A stretch of DNA of 28,993 nucleotides from a virus (taxonomy: Duplodnaviria; Caudoviricetes). The stretch spans positions 1-28,993 of IMG/VR virus record IMGVR_UViG_3300030397_000865; one strand, 5' to 3'. Numbering within the stretch: position 1 is the first letter of the stretch; each line of letters begins with the position of its first letter. The notes under the pieces were generated by a model. It had not been told where the DNA came from, did not search any database, and worked only from the letters and a program-made list of their open reading frames with translations. Positions 15,775 through 24,277 of this stretch are shown here, piece after piece. The position numbers and the translations under genes are program-made.

Positions 15775-15947
15775 TTTTGCACGGGAACTAGATCGAGAAG
15801 TGACTTTGCACCCGATTCAGTAAGCACCATGCCGGCCGTCAAACGAAAGCCATACTCTTCCAACACTTCGTTGAGAGCTTCCTGACAGGCTTGCTTACGT
15901 TCTGCGGCTTCTTTCAGTAAAACTTCTTTAGCTTGTTCGCTGTCCAT
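15771..15947 (-). CDS. small hypothetical protein (58 aa; not in ORF track)
   Basis: Hand-translated MDSEQAKEVLLKEAAERKQACQEALNEVLEEYGFRLTAGMVLTESGAKSLLDLVPVQK*; AGGAG SD; ATGA overlap with endolysin. Confidence 0.75.
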   Translation of the reverse strand: MDSEQAKEVLLKEAAERKQACQEALNEVLEEYGFRLTAGMVLTESGAKSLLDLVPVQK

Positions 15948-15969
15948 GTTTCTCTCCTATAAAGTGGAC

Positions 15970-16287
15970 TTAAATAATAGTACCCGAATAGTGACCGTTG
16001 TCAATCAAATATTCATACAGCACTCGAGAGGCTCCTTGAAAAAGAGTTTCTCCAGCCTGTGGCATTTCTGCAATTATACTCGTAAATTCCGCACCCTCAA
16101 TGACAAACGTTCGTCGAGGAATGTTTCCAGAGCGCCACTCACCTGACTGAGTATTACCATAGACACACACGAGCTCAAGCTTGTTGGCACGATAATTGAA
16201 AGAAATGATTGTTACTTGGTTATAAGCTGTCACCGACGGATCAAGCTCAGGAATAACCGGTAAAGGAGTAGTAAGTTGTATAGGCAT
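15970..16287 (-). CDS. hypothetical protein, possible tail fibre assembly chaperone
   Basis: 105 aa; immediately downstream of the large fibre gene; function inferred from position only. Confidence 0.6.
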   Translation of the reverse strand: MPIQLTTPLPVIPELDPSVTAYNQVTIISFNYRANKLELVCVYGNTQSGEWRSGNIPRRTFVIEGAEFTSIIAEMPQAGETLFQGASRVLYEYLIDNGHYSGTII

Positions 16288-16296
16288 TTGTTTCCC

Positions 16297-19200
16297 TTAG
16301 ATCAGATTGGTCCAAGCACCGTTCTCGTATCCTTGGAACTTATTGGTCGTGGTGTTGTACAGAATCATTCCATTCACGGCTGTGAGAGCATCTCTTTGGG
16401 TTGTAGTCAAGCGGGGAACAATCAGAGCACCCTCGGTCGTGATCATGTTAAAGCTACCCGTAGAAGCAGTCATAGTCACGTCAGTCATGTCATGGGCCAA
16501 CGATAAGGTTTCTGTGCTATTAGAGACTACATGTGTGCCCAGCGTAGTAGTGGTTGAGCCCGAAATTGTCATTCGAGCAGTACCGGTTGTTGAGAAAGTT
16601 AGATCGTCCCCCGAATCAATTACACCGGAAGTAGTATCATGGCTAATGGAAATCCACTCAGTGTTATCCGTATCAGGGTCGGTATCCGAATGAATGAATA
16701 GGGTTGGGTTGGTTGTTGTTGCGTGATCAAAATCTCGAGTGATAAACGCTGCATTTCCGATGACAACTTGATTGCCGTGATCGTCTCCGGTGCCCCATAA
16801 AAACTGAGCTTTCGTGAGATCGAAGAACATACGAGTATCAGTGGAAGTCAAACCACCGAAGTTCACAGCACCTGAATTGGAACCTTCACCAATAGTGGCA
16901 CTGATTGGCTTAATCCCTTGGCTGTCAAACCGAGCAACTTCAGAACCGGCAACAAAGATCCCTGCAACATCGTCGGCAATGCCTTGAAAGTAGGTATCAT
17001 CATCATCGTCAACAATCAGTCTTTGCGAAAGGCCGGTCTTAGCATTGCTGCCAAATTTTACGCTTCCAGTACCAACCGCAAGAATGCCGTCAGTCTGATC
17101 ATGAGTCATTGAGATCCATTGCGTATTATTTAGGTCTGGGTCAGTATCAGAATGAACAAACAATGTCGGAGTCGACTGAAGCCCGTGATCATGATTCTTT
17201 TGGTAGTTAGCTACAGTGGTCAGGACAAGAGCAAAATTAGAACCTGTGGCTCCTCGTAGACCAAGGTTTAAAGACCCGTCAGTCACATGAGTACTGCTGT
17301 TGAAAACTGATCCTGTACTTGTAGCTCCCAAAATCAGATCACCAAGAAAAGACATAGGGATATTTGAAAATCCACTTGAACCCGTACCTTGAGTTCCGAA
17401 TAGGGTAGCGCCGGTTTGAGTGATAAATCTCCATTCCGTTGAAACAGCTTCAAGACTGACTGCTGTACCTGTGTGGCTCCATTTGATGTTACCAGTCTGA
17501 TTTTCAAAATTGATATTTAGACCGCTGCCGTCCCCAATATCAAGACTTGCGTCAGTTTGATCGTGAGACAAGGATATCCATTGGGTATTATCAACATCCG
17601 GATCAACAGCTGAATGAATGAAAAGCGTCGGGTTCGTTTGAACTGCGTGGTCGTAGTCACGGTCGCTCAAAATTTGATCACAAATGACAATTTGCCGACC
17701 AAGACCAACGTCGATTGACATCGTCAACTGATCTGCTGCAAGATCTGGACGAAACTTTAAATTGTCTGCCGAAAACCCAGAACCAATTGAAACGTCTCCC
17801 CCATGACTTGCAGGGTTAATATATAATCCGTTGCTTCCTATAAAAATAGCGTCTGCAGTCCCCCGAGTAATCTGAGCAGTCCCATTAAAATCAACTCGAG
17901 TAAATCCCGCTGCCGGAGAACTTACTACAAACTCAGCATCTCCAGAGGTCAGATTGATTCCACCAGATCCTGCCTCAATAATGGCCTCTGTCTGATCATG
18001 AGAAAGAGAGAGCCACTGAGTGTTGTCTGTGTCCGGATTGGTTGCACTGTGAACAAATATTGTTGGGTTTGTTGAAACCCCGTGGTCATGGTCTTGGTTT
18101 CGATTAGCAAAAGCGGTGAAGAGGATGCCGTTTGCTGCCGAGGTCAGATAGTTGTTGGAATTTGCATCTGCCCAAAAAATGCCCTGAAAATTATTTGTGA
18201 ACTGAAGATATTTTGATACCCCGTTCAGAATCAACAACTCATTCGCATTATTATTGATAGCCAGGGCAATTGCATCGGCAGTCGTCAAAAAATTTGTTGC
18301 AATAGCTGGTTTGAGATTGATGTCTCCTGAGCCAGTTTCGATTAGACCGTCGGTTTGATCATGCGTAAACGAAATCCACTGGGTATTATTTGCATTTGGA
18401 TCCGTAGCTGAGTGGATGAAAAAAGTAGGATTTGCCTGTGCTGGATGATCATGGTCATTATTACCGTTAGCAAACGTTGTCATCTGCAGGGTATTCGTTG
18501 CACTTGCAAGATAAGCGTCTGTTCCTGTAGACCAGTAGATTCCGACATGTGCATTTACCAATTGAATGAAAGAGTTGGCCGCAGCTACCTCTATCAAAGT
18601 TGGGCTATTAGCATTGATTGTAACTCGATCCGAACCACCACTGTTTAGAAATCTCACACTTCCAATGGTTTGAAAATCAAAATTGCCAAAACCTGTTTCA
18701 AAGTGAGCAGCCCCACCATCATGAGAGATAGACAACCACTCATCATTGTCAGTATCAGGATCAGTTGCACTATGAATAAAGAGCGTAGGATTTGCCTGAG
18801 TCGCGTGATCGTGATCTGAACCGGTATTGGCTTCGTCTGTGAGCACAAGTTGTCGACCGTAGGAAAGACCCACACCAAAGAGAGCCTGTCCTAAAGTTGT
18901 CGATCCGACTATCGAGCCCTGAGGATTTCCGGCAGTACCAAGATAGAAAGTGGGATTACCCGAATCAAGAGCAAGATCCGTAAAGACCTGAGCCAACGTA
19001 GGAGTCCACTGAGTGACATTCCCGCCTGCTCCAACATTGACTTCCAGAACATCATCTGCAGAAGCACTCAGATAGGTGTCATCGTCAGTATCAAAAACCA
19101 ACTGAAGAGTATTACCAAGTTTGAGGTTTTTGTCAGCCTTCACCACACCAGCAGGATTTAGAACAAGATTACCGGCTCCAGTAGCGATCGTCCCGTCTGT

Positions 19201-19521
19201 AGTGTCATGAGTCGTAGAAACCCAGTTCGTTCCGCCAGAATCACCAACGAAAAACGTAACTGTAGTGTCGTCAAATGTGAAATTGGCCGTACCTTCGATG
19301 ATCCCGTCTGAAACCCAAACAGCTACCTGATTGTTAGCAGGAGCACCGGATTTGGCAACGTTACCGCCACCAGCAGAAATCAAGAAAGGAGCCAACAAAG
19401 CCCCACGTCCCATGTAGAAAGCTTCGTTCCCAGAGTCATTAACCCAGAGAGGTTCACCATCATTGGCAGTAGCCGGAAGACTTGCAAGTGGTCCACGTCG
19501 GACTTGAATTTGATTTGCCAT
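16297..19521 (-). CDS. large tail fibre/appendage protein with six internal His/Asp-rich repeats
   Basis: N-terminal QIQVRRG...GEP (Mtd/hyaluronidase-N-like); G/T/S/D/N-rich; C-terminal PRLTTTQRDAL...GMILYNTTT..FQGY..W fibre motif. Confidence 0.85.
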   Translation of the reverse strand: MANQIQVRRGPLASLPATANDGEPLWVNDSGNEAFYMGRGALLAPFLISAGGGNVAKSGAPANNQVAVWVSDGIIEGTANFTFDDTTVTFFVGDSGGTNWVSTTHDTTDGTIATGAGNLVLNPAGVVKADKNLKLGNTLQLVFDTDDDTYLSASADDVLEVNVGAGGNVTQWTPTLAQVFTDLALDSGNPTFYLGTAGNPQGSIVGSTTLGQALFGVGLSYGRQLVLTDEANTGSDHDHATQANPTLFIHSATDPDTDNDEWLSISHDGGAAHFETGFGNFDFQTIGSVRFLNSGGSDRVTINANSPTLIEVAAANSFIQLVNAHVGIYWSTGTDAYLASATNTLQMTTFANGNNDHDHPAQANPTFFIHSATDPNANNTQWISFTHDQTDGLIETGSGDINLKPAIATNFLTTADAIALAINNNANELLILNGVSKYLQFTNNFQGIFWADANSNNYLTSAANGILFTAFANRNQDHDHGVSTNPTIFVHSATNPDTDNTQWLSLSHDQTEAIIEAGSGGINLTSGDAEFVVSSPAAGFTRVDFNGTAQITRGTADAIFIGSNGLYINPASHGGDVSIGSGFSADNLKFRPDLAADQLTMSIDVGLGRQIVICDQILSDRDYDHAVQTNPTLFIHSAVDPDVDNTQWISLSHDQTDASLDIGDGSGLNINFENQTGNIKWSHTGTAVSLEAVSTEWRFITQTGATLFGTQGTGSSGFSNIPMSFLGDLILGATSTGSVFNSSTHVTDGSLNLGLRGATGSNFALVLTTVANYQKNHDHGLQSTPTLFVHSDTDPDLNNTQWISMTHDQTDGILAVGTGSVKFGSNAKTGLSQRLIVDDDDDTYFQGIADDVAGIFVAGSEVARFDSQGIKPISATIGEGSNSGAVNFGGLTSTDTRMFFDLTKAQFLWGTGDDHGNQVVIGNAAFITRDFDHATTTNPTLFIHSDTDPDTDNTEWISISHDTTSGVIDSGDDLTFSTTGTARMTISGSTTTTLGTHVVSNSTETLSLAHDMTDVTMTASTGSFNMITTEGALIVPRLTTTQRDALTAVNGMILYNTTTNKFQGYENGAWTNLI
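16636..18816 (-). repeat. six dispersed 99-nt (33-aa) coding repeats
   Basis: DHDHxxQxNPTLFIHSxTDPDxDNTQWISxSHD at 18718-18816, 18358-18456, 17995-18093, 17560-17658, 17098-17196, 16636-16734. Confidence 0.92.
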
Positions 19522-19841
19522 TAAAATGAGCCTCCGTCGATAGTTCCTGGGTCAACTAAAGGTGGTTGGTCAAAGGCACCTCCATCGAGGGAAATACCTC
19601 CTCCACCGCCACCGCCTCCTCCCGGATCGTCTTGGATCCAATCAAAGGCCCCGGTGTTATTTTTACGCCAAAACGTAATTTGAGGGGTTTCTTGAATGTA
19701 CTCAGTGCCGATAGGAGAGCTCTGAAGAATTGCTGGAGCAGCAACGTTCGTGGGTTCCCCATCATAACCTGTGATTGCAACGGTTAACAGAGCGGATCGG
19801 CGGGGAAGTTCTCGGTTAACAAAAGTTTCAAATGCGCTCAT
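19521..19841 (-). CDS. small fibre-associated structural protein
   Basis: PIGTEY...WRK...W fibre-like motif, Gly9 linker, two DGGxF motifs; TAATG/TGATG coupling. Confidence 0.65.
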   Translation of the reverse strand: MSAFETFVNRELPRRSALLTVAITGYDGEPTNVAAPAILQSSPIGTEYIQETPQITFWRKNNTGAFDWIQDDPGGGGGGGGGISLDGGAFDQPPLVDPGTIDGGSF

Positions 19842-21547
19842 CAGACAATCTCTTCGTAGTTGAACAAGTCAGCAGTTCCAGAGTTGGATCCAGCAGCTGT
19901 GAAATCAAGCCATGTGACTGTGTGGGGGTTGGTTCCGGTAGCAGAGGCCGTATATCCGTTTGCTTGCTCCGTAGCTGTACCGATTGGAAATCGCACTGAC
20001 GGTTGGTTCGTGGCACCAAAAAGTCCGGCTTGAATCTTTGAAAAGTCAGAAATTTCAACATTAACTGCATCAGATACTGTTTGAAAGGCCTGCCAGGTTA
20101 CAGTCCGAGACACAAAGCCACCCAATGTGTAAGATGTTCCCGTACCTATAGTATTTTGTACCACATTTGCAAGGTTAGTAGCAACTAAACTTTCCCAAGA
20201 AAAGGCCCCTTTTTCGTCAGTATCAGCCACTTGGAAGCTTGCCGTGTAGTTAGTCGGTCCGCCACTGAAACCCCCTGAGAATGAGCCTCGAGAGCCTCCA
20301 GAATCCGCTGCAAGGGTCGGTACTGAAATCAGGTTCTGATTTGATGAAATCGTGATCGTATAGCTCTGAACAGCCGTTCCGTCATTCCCACCAGAGCGAA
20401 GTCGGGTTGCAGGAGTCGAAACAGTGATCAGAGGCACCGCATCTGCAATGAAAATCACTGAAGTGGCAGTTGCACTTGAGTCGTTGGCCGCACGAGTTGC
20501 TTGAGCTCGAATATTTACCGTGCTAATGTTGTAAGTTCCTGACGAGTAGGTAGCTGTTTTTGTTGTTTCGTTCAGAGTCGGATTTGTGACTATCAGCTCA
20601 CCAGTCGGGCTATCGAACAAAATTGTGTCCAGATCCGTCCCTGAGAAGCCGATAGTTGCTTGCTCTCCGGTCTTGATAGCTTGCTGTGTAGGGGGGTATG
20701 TGATGCTCCCAAAACTCAGCACAGGGGCTTGATTGTTGACTGCAACCAGGTCTACGCCGTTTGTCGTTCCACCACCCTGGTTAGTATCTCTGGCCGTACT
20801 GAGGGCTCCGGTTACCGCATCCCGCACTTGCACTCGAGCTGGCAGGTTTTGCAATGTGGTGCCTTCATCGTCAATTGTAGCAGTAACTGTAAAAGAGGTT
20901 CCGGAAGCCACGAATGTACCAAACTTACAAGCTCCAAAATTCTGTACCTGAACCTGGTCGATGGCTTTGTCGGTCGTACCCGTGATCTGAAACGTATCAT
21001 TTTCTTTGAGCTCCGTCTGACTCCCAGGATAGCTTCCAGTGAATGACAAAGTCAAGATTTCAGGTGCCAAATCAAGAGCCACTGTGAATGTGTCTTCGGC
21101 TGAAGCATCTCCATCGGGGTTGGTAACCCGAATTTTGTAACTATCCGCAGAGGGCACTGTAAACGAGACCGTCCCAGAATAGTGGCTTTGATCTCCATCT
21201 CGAGGTAGAGTGCCAGAAGTCAAGACTGTGTCCGTCAAATCCAGGACTTCAACCAAAGGATACGAGGCTCGGATATCAAGATTGAAGGTGCTTTCTGTAG
21301 TCGTGAAGGACTGTAGAACCGTATTGCCAGCATCTTGATACACTTGATTTGAAATGACAGGACCGGTCACGTCAGTCAGATAAATCCAACCACCAGGAAC
21401 ACCACCAGTACTCCCACCTCCACTGCCTCCTGATACAAGTACAGAAGACACCGTGACCGTATTTGTGATGTTGTTCACACGGACAATTGGTCGCTCGTTA
21501 TCCAAGTTGATTTCGAGAACAGGTTGGAGTACTTTCACTTCAGTCAT
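19841..21547 (-). CDS. virion structural protein with probable tandem Ig-like beta-sandwich domains
   Basis: 568 aa, T/S/G-rich; domain-boundary motifs DLAPEI, NNQAPVL, DAVPLI. Confidence 0.7.
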   Translation of the reverse strand: MTEVKVLQPVLEINLDNERPIVRVNNITNTVTVSSVLVSGGSGGGSTGGVPGGWIYLTDVTGPVISNQVYQDAGNTVLQSFTTTESTFNLDIRASYPLVEVLDLTDTVLTSGTLPRDGDQSHYSGTVSFTVPSADSYKIRVTNPDGDASAEDTFTVALDLAPEILTLSFTGSYPGSQTELKENDTFQITGTTDKAIDQVQVQNFGACKFGTFVASGTSFTVTATIDDEGTTLQNLPARVQVRDAVTGALSTARDTNQGGGTTNGVDLVAVNNQAPVLSFGSITYPPTQQAIKTGEQATIGFSGTDLDTILFDSPTGELIVTNPTLNETTKTATYSSGTYNISTVNIRAQATRAANDSSATATSVIFIADAVPLITVSTPATRLRSGGNDGTAVQSYTITISSNQNLISVPTLAADSGGSRGSFSGGFSGGPTNYTASFQVADTDEKGAFSWESLVATNLANVVQNTIGTGTSYTLGGFVSRTVTWQAFQTVSDAVNVEISDFSKIQAGLFGATNQPSVRFPIGTATEQANGYTASATGTNPHTVTWLDFTAAGSNSGTADLFNYEEIV

Positions 21548-21873
21548 AGCGCTGCAGTTACCCGAATTGAGATGTCACGCACAAAAGTAGTCACGTCAGA
21601 AGACAGATCGGTGTATTTCATTTGCCCTGTGTGCGTTCCTTCGATCAAGTCTGTAGAAGCCAAAGCAAAATCAACCGTAGTATTGCCCGAAGTAGAACCA
21701 TCATCCACTATCGTTCCTGGTTTATCAAGCCGAAGTCCATCACTTCTCTTAATAATCAGTTGAAAGGTAAACCCGGTTGACACGAGATTTTCAATAATGG
21801 CACGAGGAGTGGGCAGCGTATCACCAGCCACATATTCGTAAATGACATCAGGTGTTTGGCTGTTTAAACTCAT
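21544..21873 (-). CDS. BppU-N-like baseplate/fibre adaptor
   Basis: GDT...G.T.V.F.L.STDL.EGTHTGQ pattern; position in tail module. Confidence 0.55.
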   Translation of the reverse strand: MSLNSQTPDVIYEYVAGDTLPTPRAIIENLVSTGFTFQLIIKRSDGLRLDKPGTIVDDGSTSGNTTVDFALASTDLIEGTHTGQMKYTDLSSDVTTFVRDISIRVTAAL

Positions 21874-22937
21874 CGAGCAATCTCCACAACAAAGGATCGG
21901 GTTTCAAAAGTCGCATTCGAACCACCAACTGCCGAAGCTGCTGCCCGAATTGTAATTGCGCTAGTTGTATCCATTGTAGCATCAGAATCAAGGATAACTT
22001 GGTTATCTTCATCTGCAGTCAATCGACTCGAATGGGCACTGCCAGCAGCAAAGATTTCTCCGTTAACACCAATCGACCGCACTGTGAACACAACATCAAG
22101 GTTGAACAAAGTTGAAATGGCGCCCTGTCCGTTGCTATGACTCACATCAATTTCGCTTGTATCAGCGTCAGCCATAATAATCCAAGAAGTTGTGCCGCTC
22201 GCTGGTTGTGAATTTGCAGTTACGATTGCTGTTGAAGTCACTCGAATAGTCGTACCAACCGTCAAAAAGTTTGCTGGAATTGTGTACTCAATCGCACCAT
22301 TGACTACGTTGGCATCAACAGCAGTAATCGAATCGGTTGTCGTACGAGAGCTTACTCTGTGCACCACTGGCAAAGCATTTGTGCCGTCTGACGATTTCAG
22401 AAAGCCGTCTCGAGTCCAAAGTGCACCGTCAGTCAAAGTCGGATCTGCAGCTTTAGAAATGTCAAGAATTCCGGTTTCTGCAATTGCAAGAGTCGCTCCG
22501 GCATTCACAAAAGTCGTCTTGAACAAATCAAGTTGCGACGCGCCGTCAAGGGCAAAGGTCGGAGTAGCTGACCCACCACCATAAAATCGGGCTTCATCTG
22601 CCGCATCGTCAATCTGAATTTCCATGACCTTCACACCGTCGGTAGAAAAGTCAATGTTCGTAATCGTGCTTGCGGTCGGATTTTGAAAGTCAAAGTCGTT
22701 TTCGGTTTCAAAAATCAAATCACCAGATGGGGCAAGTTTCAGATCATTAACTGAAGGGCCGTCCGCAAATTTTTCGTCCAACCAAGCCATCCACTGACCA
22801 GCAGCGTTATGAAGATAGTTAAAAAACTCAAACGGAGGATCTTCTGCAACCCACCCAAGAGTACGTTTTGCTGCACCGGGATCCGTAATGGTTCCAGTAT
22901 CAGCCCAATTTGCTACAACAGTTGGTTTGTTTGCCAT
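21870..22937 (-). CDS. baseplate-anchored tail fibre protein
   Basis: N-terminal WA..G...P...K...GW...PPFEFFNYL...W..WL attachment motif; directly after the wedge gene. Confidence 0.75.
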   Translation of the reverse strand: MANKPTVVANWADTGTITDPGAAKRTLGWVAEDPPFEFFNYLHNAAGQWMAWLDEKFADGPSVNDLKLAPSGDLIFETENDFDFQNPTASTITNIDFSTDGVKVMEIQIDDAADEARFYGGGSATPTFALDGASQLDLFKTTFVNAGATLAIAETGILDISKAADPTLTDGALWTRDGFLKSSDGTNALPVVHRVSSRTTTDSITAVDANVVNGAIEYTIPANFLTVGTTIRVTSTAIVTANSQPASGTTSWIIMADADTSEIDVSHSNGQGAISTLFNLDVVFTVRSIGVNGEIFAAGSAHSSRLTADEDNQVILDSDATMDTTSAITIRAAASAVGGSNATFETRSFVVEIAR

Positions 22938-24277
22938 TACAAGATACTCGCAAAAAGTCTGCCCTGATCAAAGCCCTTGCCCGTGTTTTCACTGAGCGCC
23001 GCATTGGTCAAGCCAAACGAGTTAGAAGGAATAAAGATGTAGAATATTCGTACACCAGCCGGCGATCCAAGAATCAAAAAGCGCAACACTTGAGATGCCG
23101 TTATTGTTGACAGAGTCGTATTGGTAATACTCACAAAAGCAGCACCTGGAAAAATCTCTGTGATAGAAATAGTTCCCTGCTGATTTAGTGCCGCTCGCCC
23201 TATTGTGATCAAGTCTTCGATAGTCCCGTCGCTCGTATTTGCTGCTATCTTTGCTCGAATGGCCGTACGAAACTCATCGTCTGTCTGACCTTGTCGGAAC
23301 TCATTAACAATTCTACCAAGGATATCGAGTTGGTCATTGGTTGCACAATCAAGGTTGAACTTGTCCAGAATGAAATTGATTGCCTCTTCAAGCTCTTGAA
23401 CCTGAGTCATGTATGAGCACAAAAGCTTTTTTAGATTCGACGAGTTTTGAAACTGAGCAATCAAATTGTCAAGTGCATCGTCTTTATGAGTCAAAACTCG
23501 GGGGAACACATCCAAACAAGTACTGTCAATCGTCAAAGGCCCAGAAACTGTAGATTGAGCATCCACAAGTCCAGCAAGACCAATGTCACTCGACAGGGTA
23601 CCAGCTACCGTAGTCGTTCCCGGAATGTCACCTTCGAGATCCTCAATCGATTCACCGATCAGTGAGAGACCAAAAGACTTATAGGGGACATTCGAGTCTA
23701 AAGAAACGGAACTGATTTCAGAAGCACCGGAAGTCGTATCTTTGAAGCTGATCGTAGTGCCAGCTGACAAAACCAGAGAATCAAGGGCTATCTCTTCAGC
23801 AAAACCGCTATTATAGCCTGTGATCAGTTCTCCACCGCTATTATCATAAGCATAGATGCCCATGGCTCGATTGATCGGTTGTCCAGTCGTGATGCTGGTT
23901 GTGACCATGGTAGAGCTGTTAGAAGCTAGAGTAGGGGAAGTAGTATTGACCCCCTGAACTCCGGACATTTCACTGTAGAGCAGAATACTGTCGTCAGCAG
24001 CAGCGAGGTTGACCGTAACTGTACTACCAGGAGTCCCACCTGTCGAACTTCCGATGTAGAGATCGGCACTGTAGATGTCAGCAGTAGCAGTAAAGCTGTC
24101 TTCGAGTACCCAAGAAACGTTGGTTTGTGTGACTGAACTGATCGCCGCTGCACTTTGAGGACGATAGACCACCAACATGAAAAAGTTATTTTCAGTCGGG
24201 GTTGATGCTGGAGTCAAAGCCGGATTTTGGTCTCCGCTAAACTCGTCTGCATCAGTTTGTACAGTTACAATCGCCAT
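22937..24277 (-). CDS. baseplate wedge subunit (DUF2612/P2 gpI-like) with long N-terminal extra domain
   Basis: C-terminal LIAQFQNS, LDCATNDQLDILGRIVNEFR..TDDEFR..I.AKI..N, PAGV; first ~250 aa appear unrelated to the wedge domain. Confidence 0.85.
   Translation of the reverse strand: MAIVTVQTDADEFSGDQNPALTPASTPTENNFFMLVVYRPQSAAAISSVTQTNVSWVLEDSFTATADIYSADLYIGSSTGGTPGSTVTVNLAAADDSILLYSEMSGVQGVNTTSPTLASNSSTMVTTSITTGQPINRAMGIYAYDNSGGELITGYNSGFAEEIALDSLVLSAGTTISFKDTTSGASEISSVSLDSNVPYKSFGLSLIGESIEDLEGDIPGTTTVAGTLSSDIGLAGLVDAQSTVSGPLTIDSTCLDVFPRVLTHKDDALDNLIAQFQNSSNLKKLLCSYMTQVQELEEAINFILDKFNLDCATNDQLDILGRIVNEFRQGQTDDEFRTAIRAKIAANTSDGTIEDLITIGRAALNQQGTISITEIFPGAAFVSITNTTLSTITASQVLRFLILGSPAGVRIFYIFIPSNSFGLTNAALSENTGKGFDQGRLFASIL

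Noticed and set aside
16636-18816. CRISPR-like or DNA-level repeat array
   Set aside because: Repeats are conserved at protein level with diverged codons and have 260-360 nt in-frame spacers
16297-19521. Diversity-generating retroelement target (Mtd-like N-terminus)
   Set aside because: No reverse transcriptase, no near-identical TR/VR pair differing at adenines, and no recognisable C-type lectin C-terminus in the window
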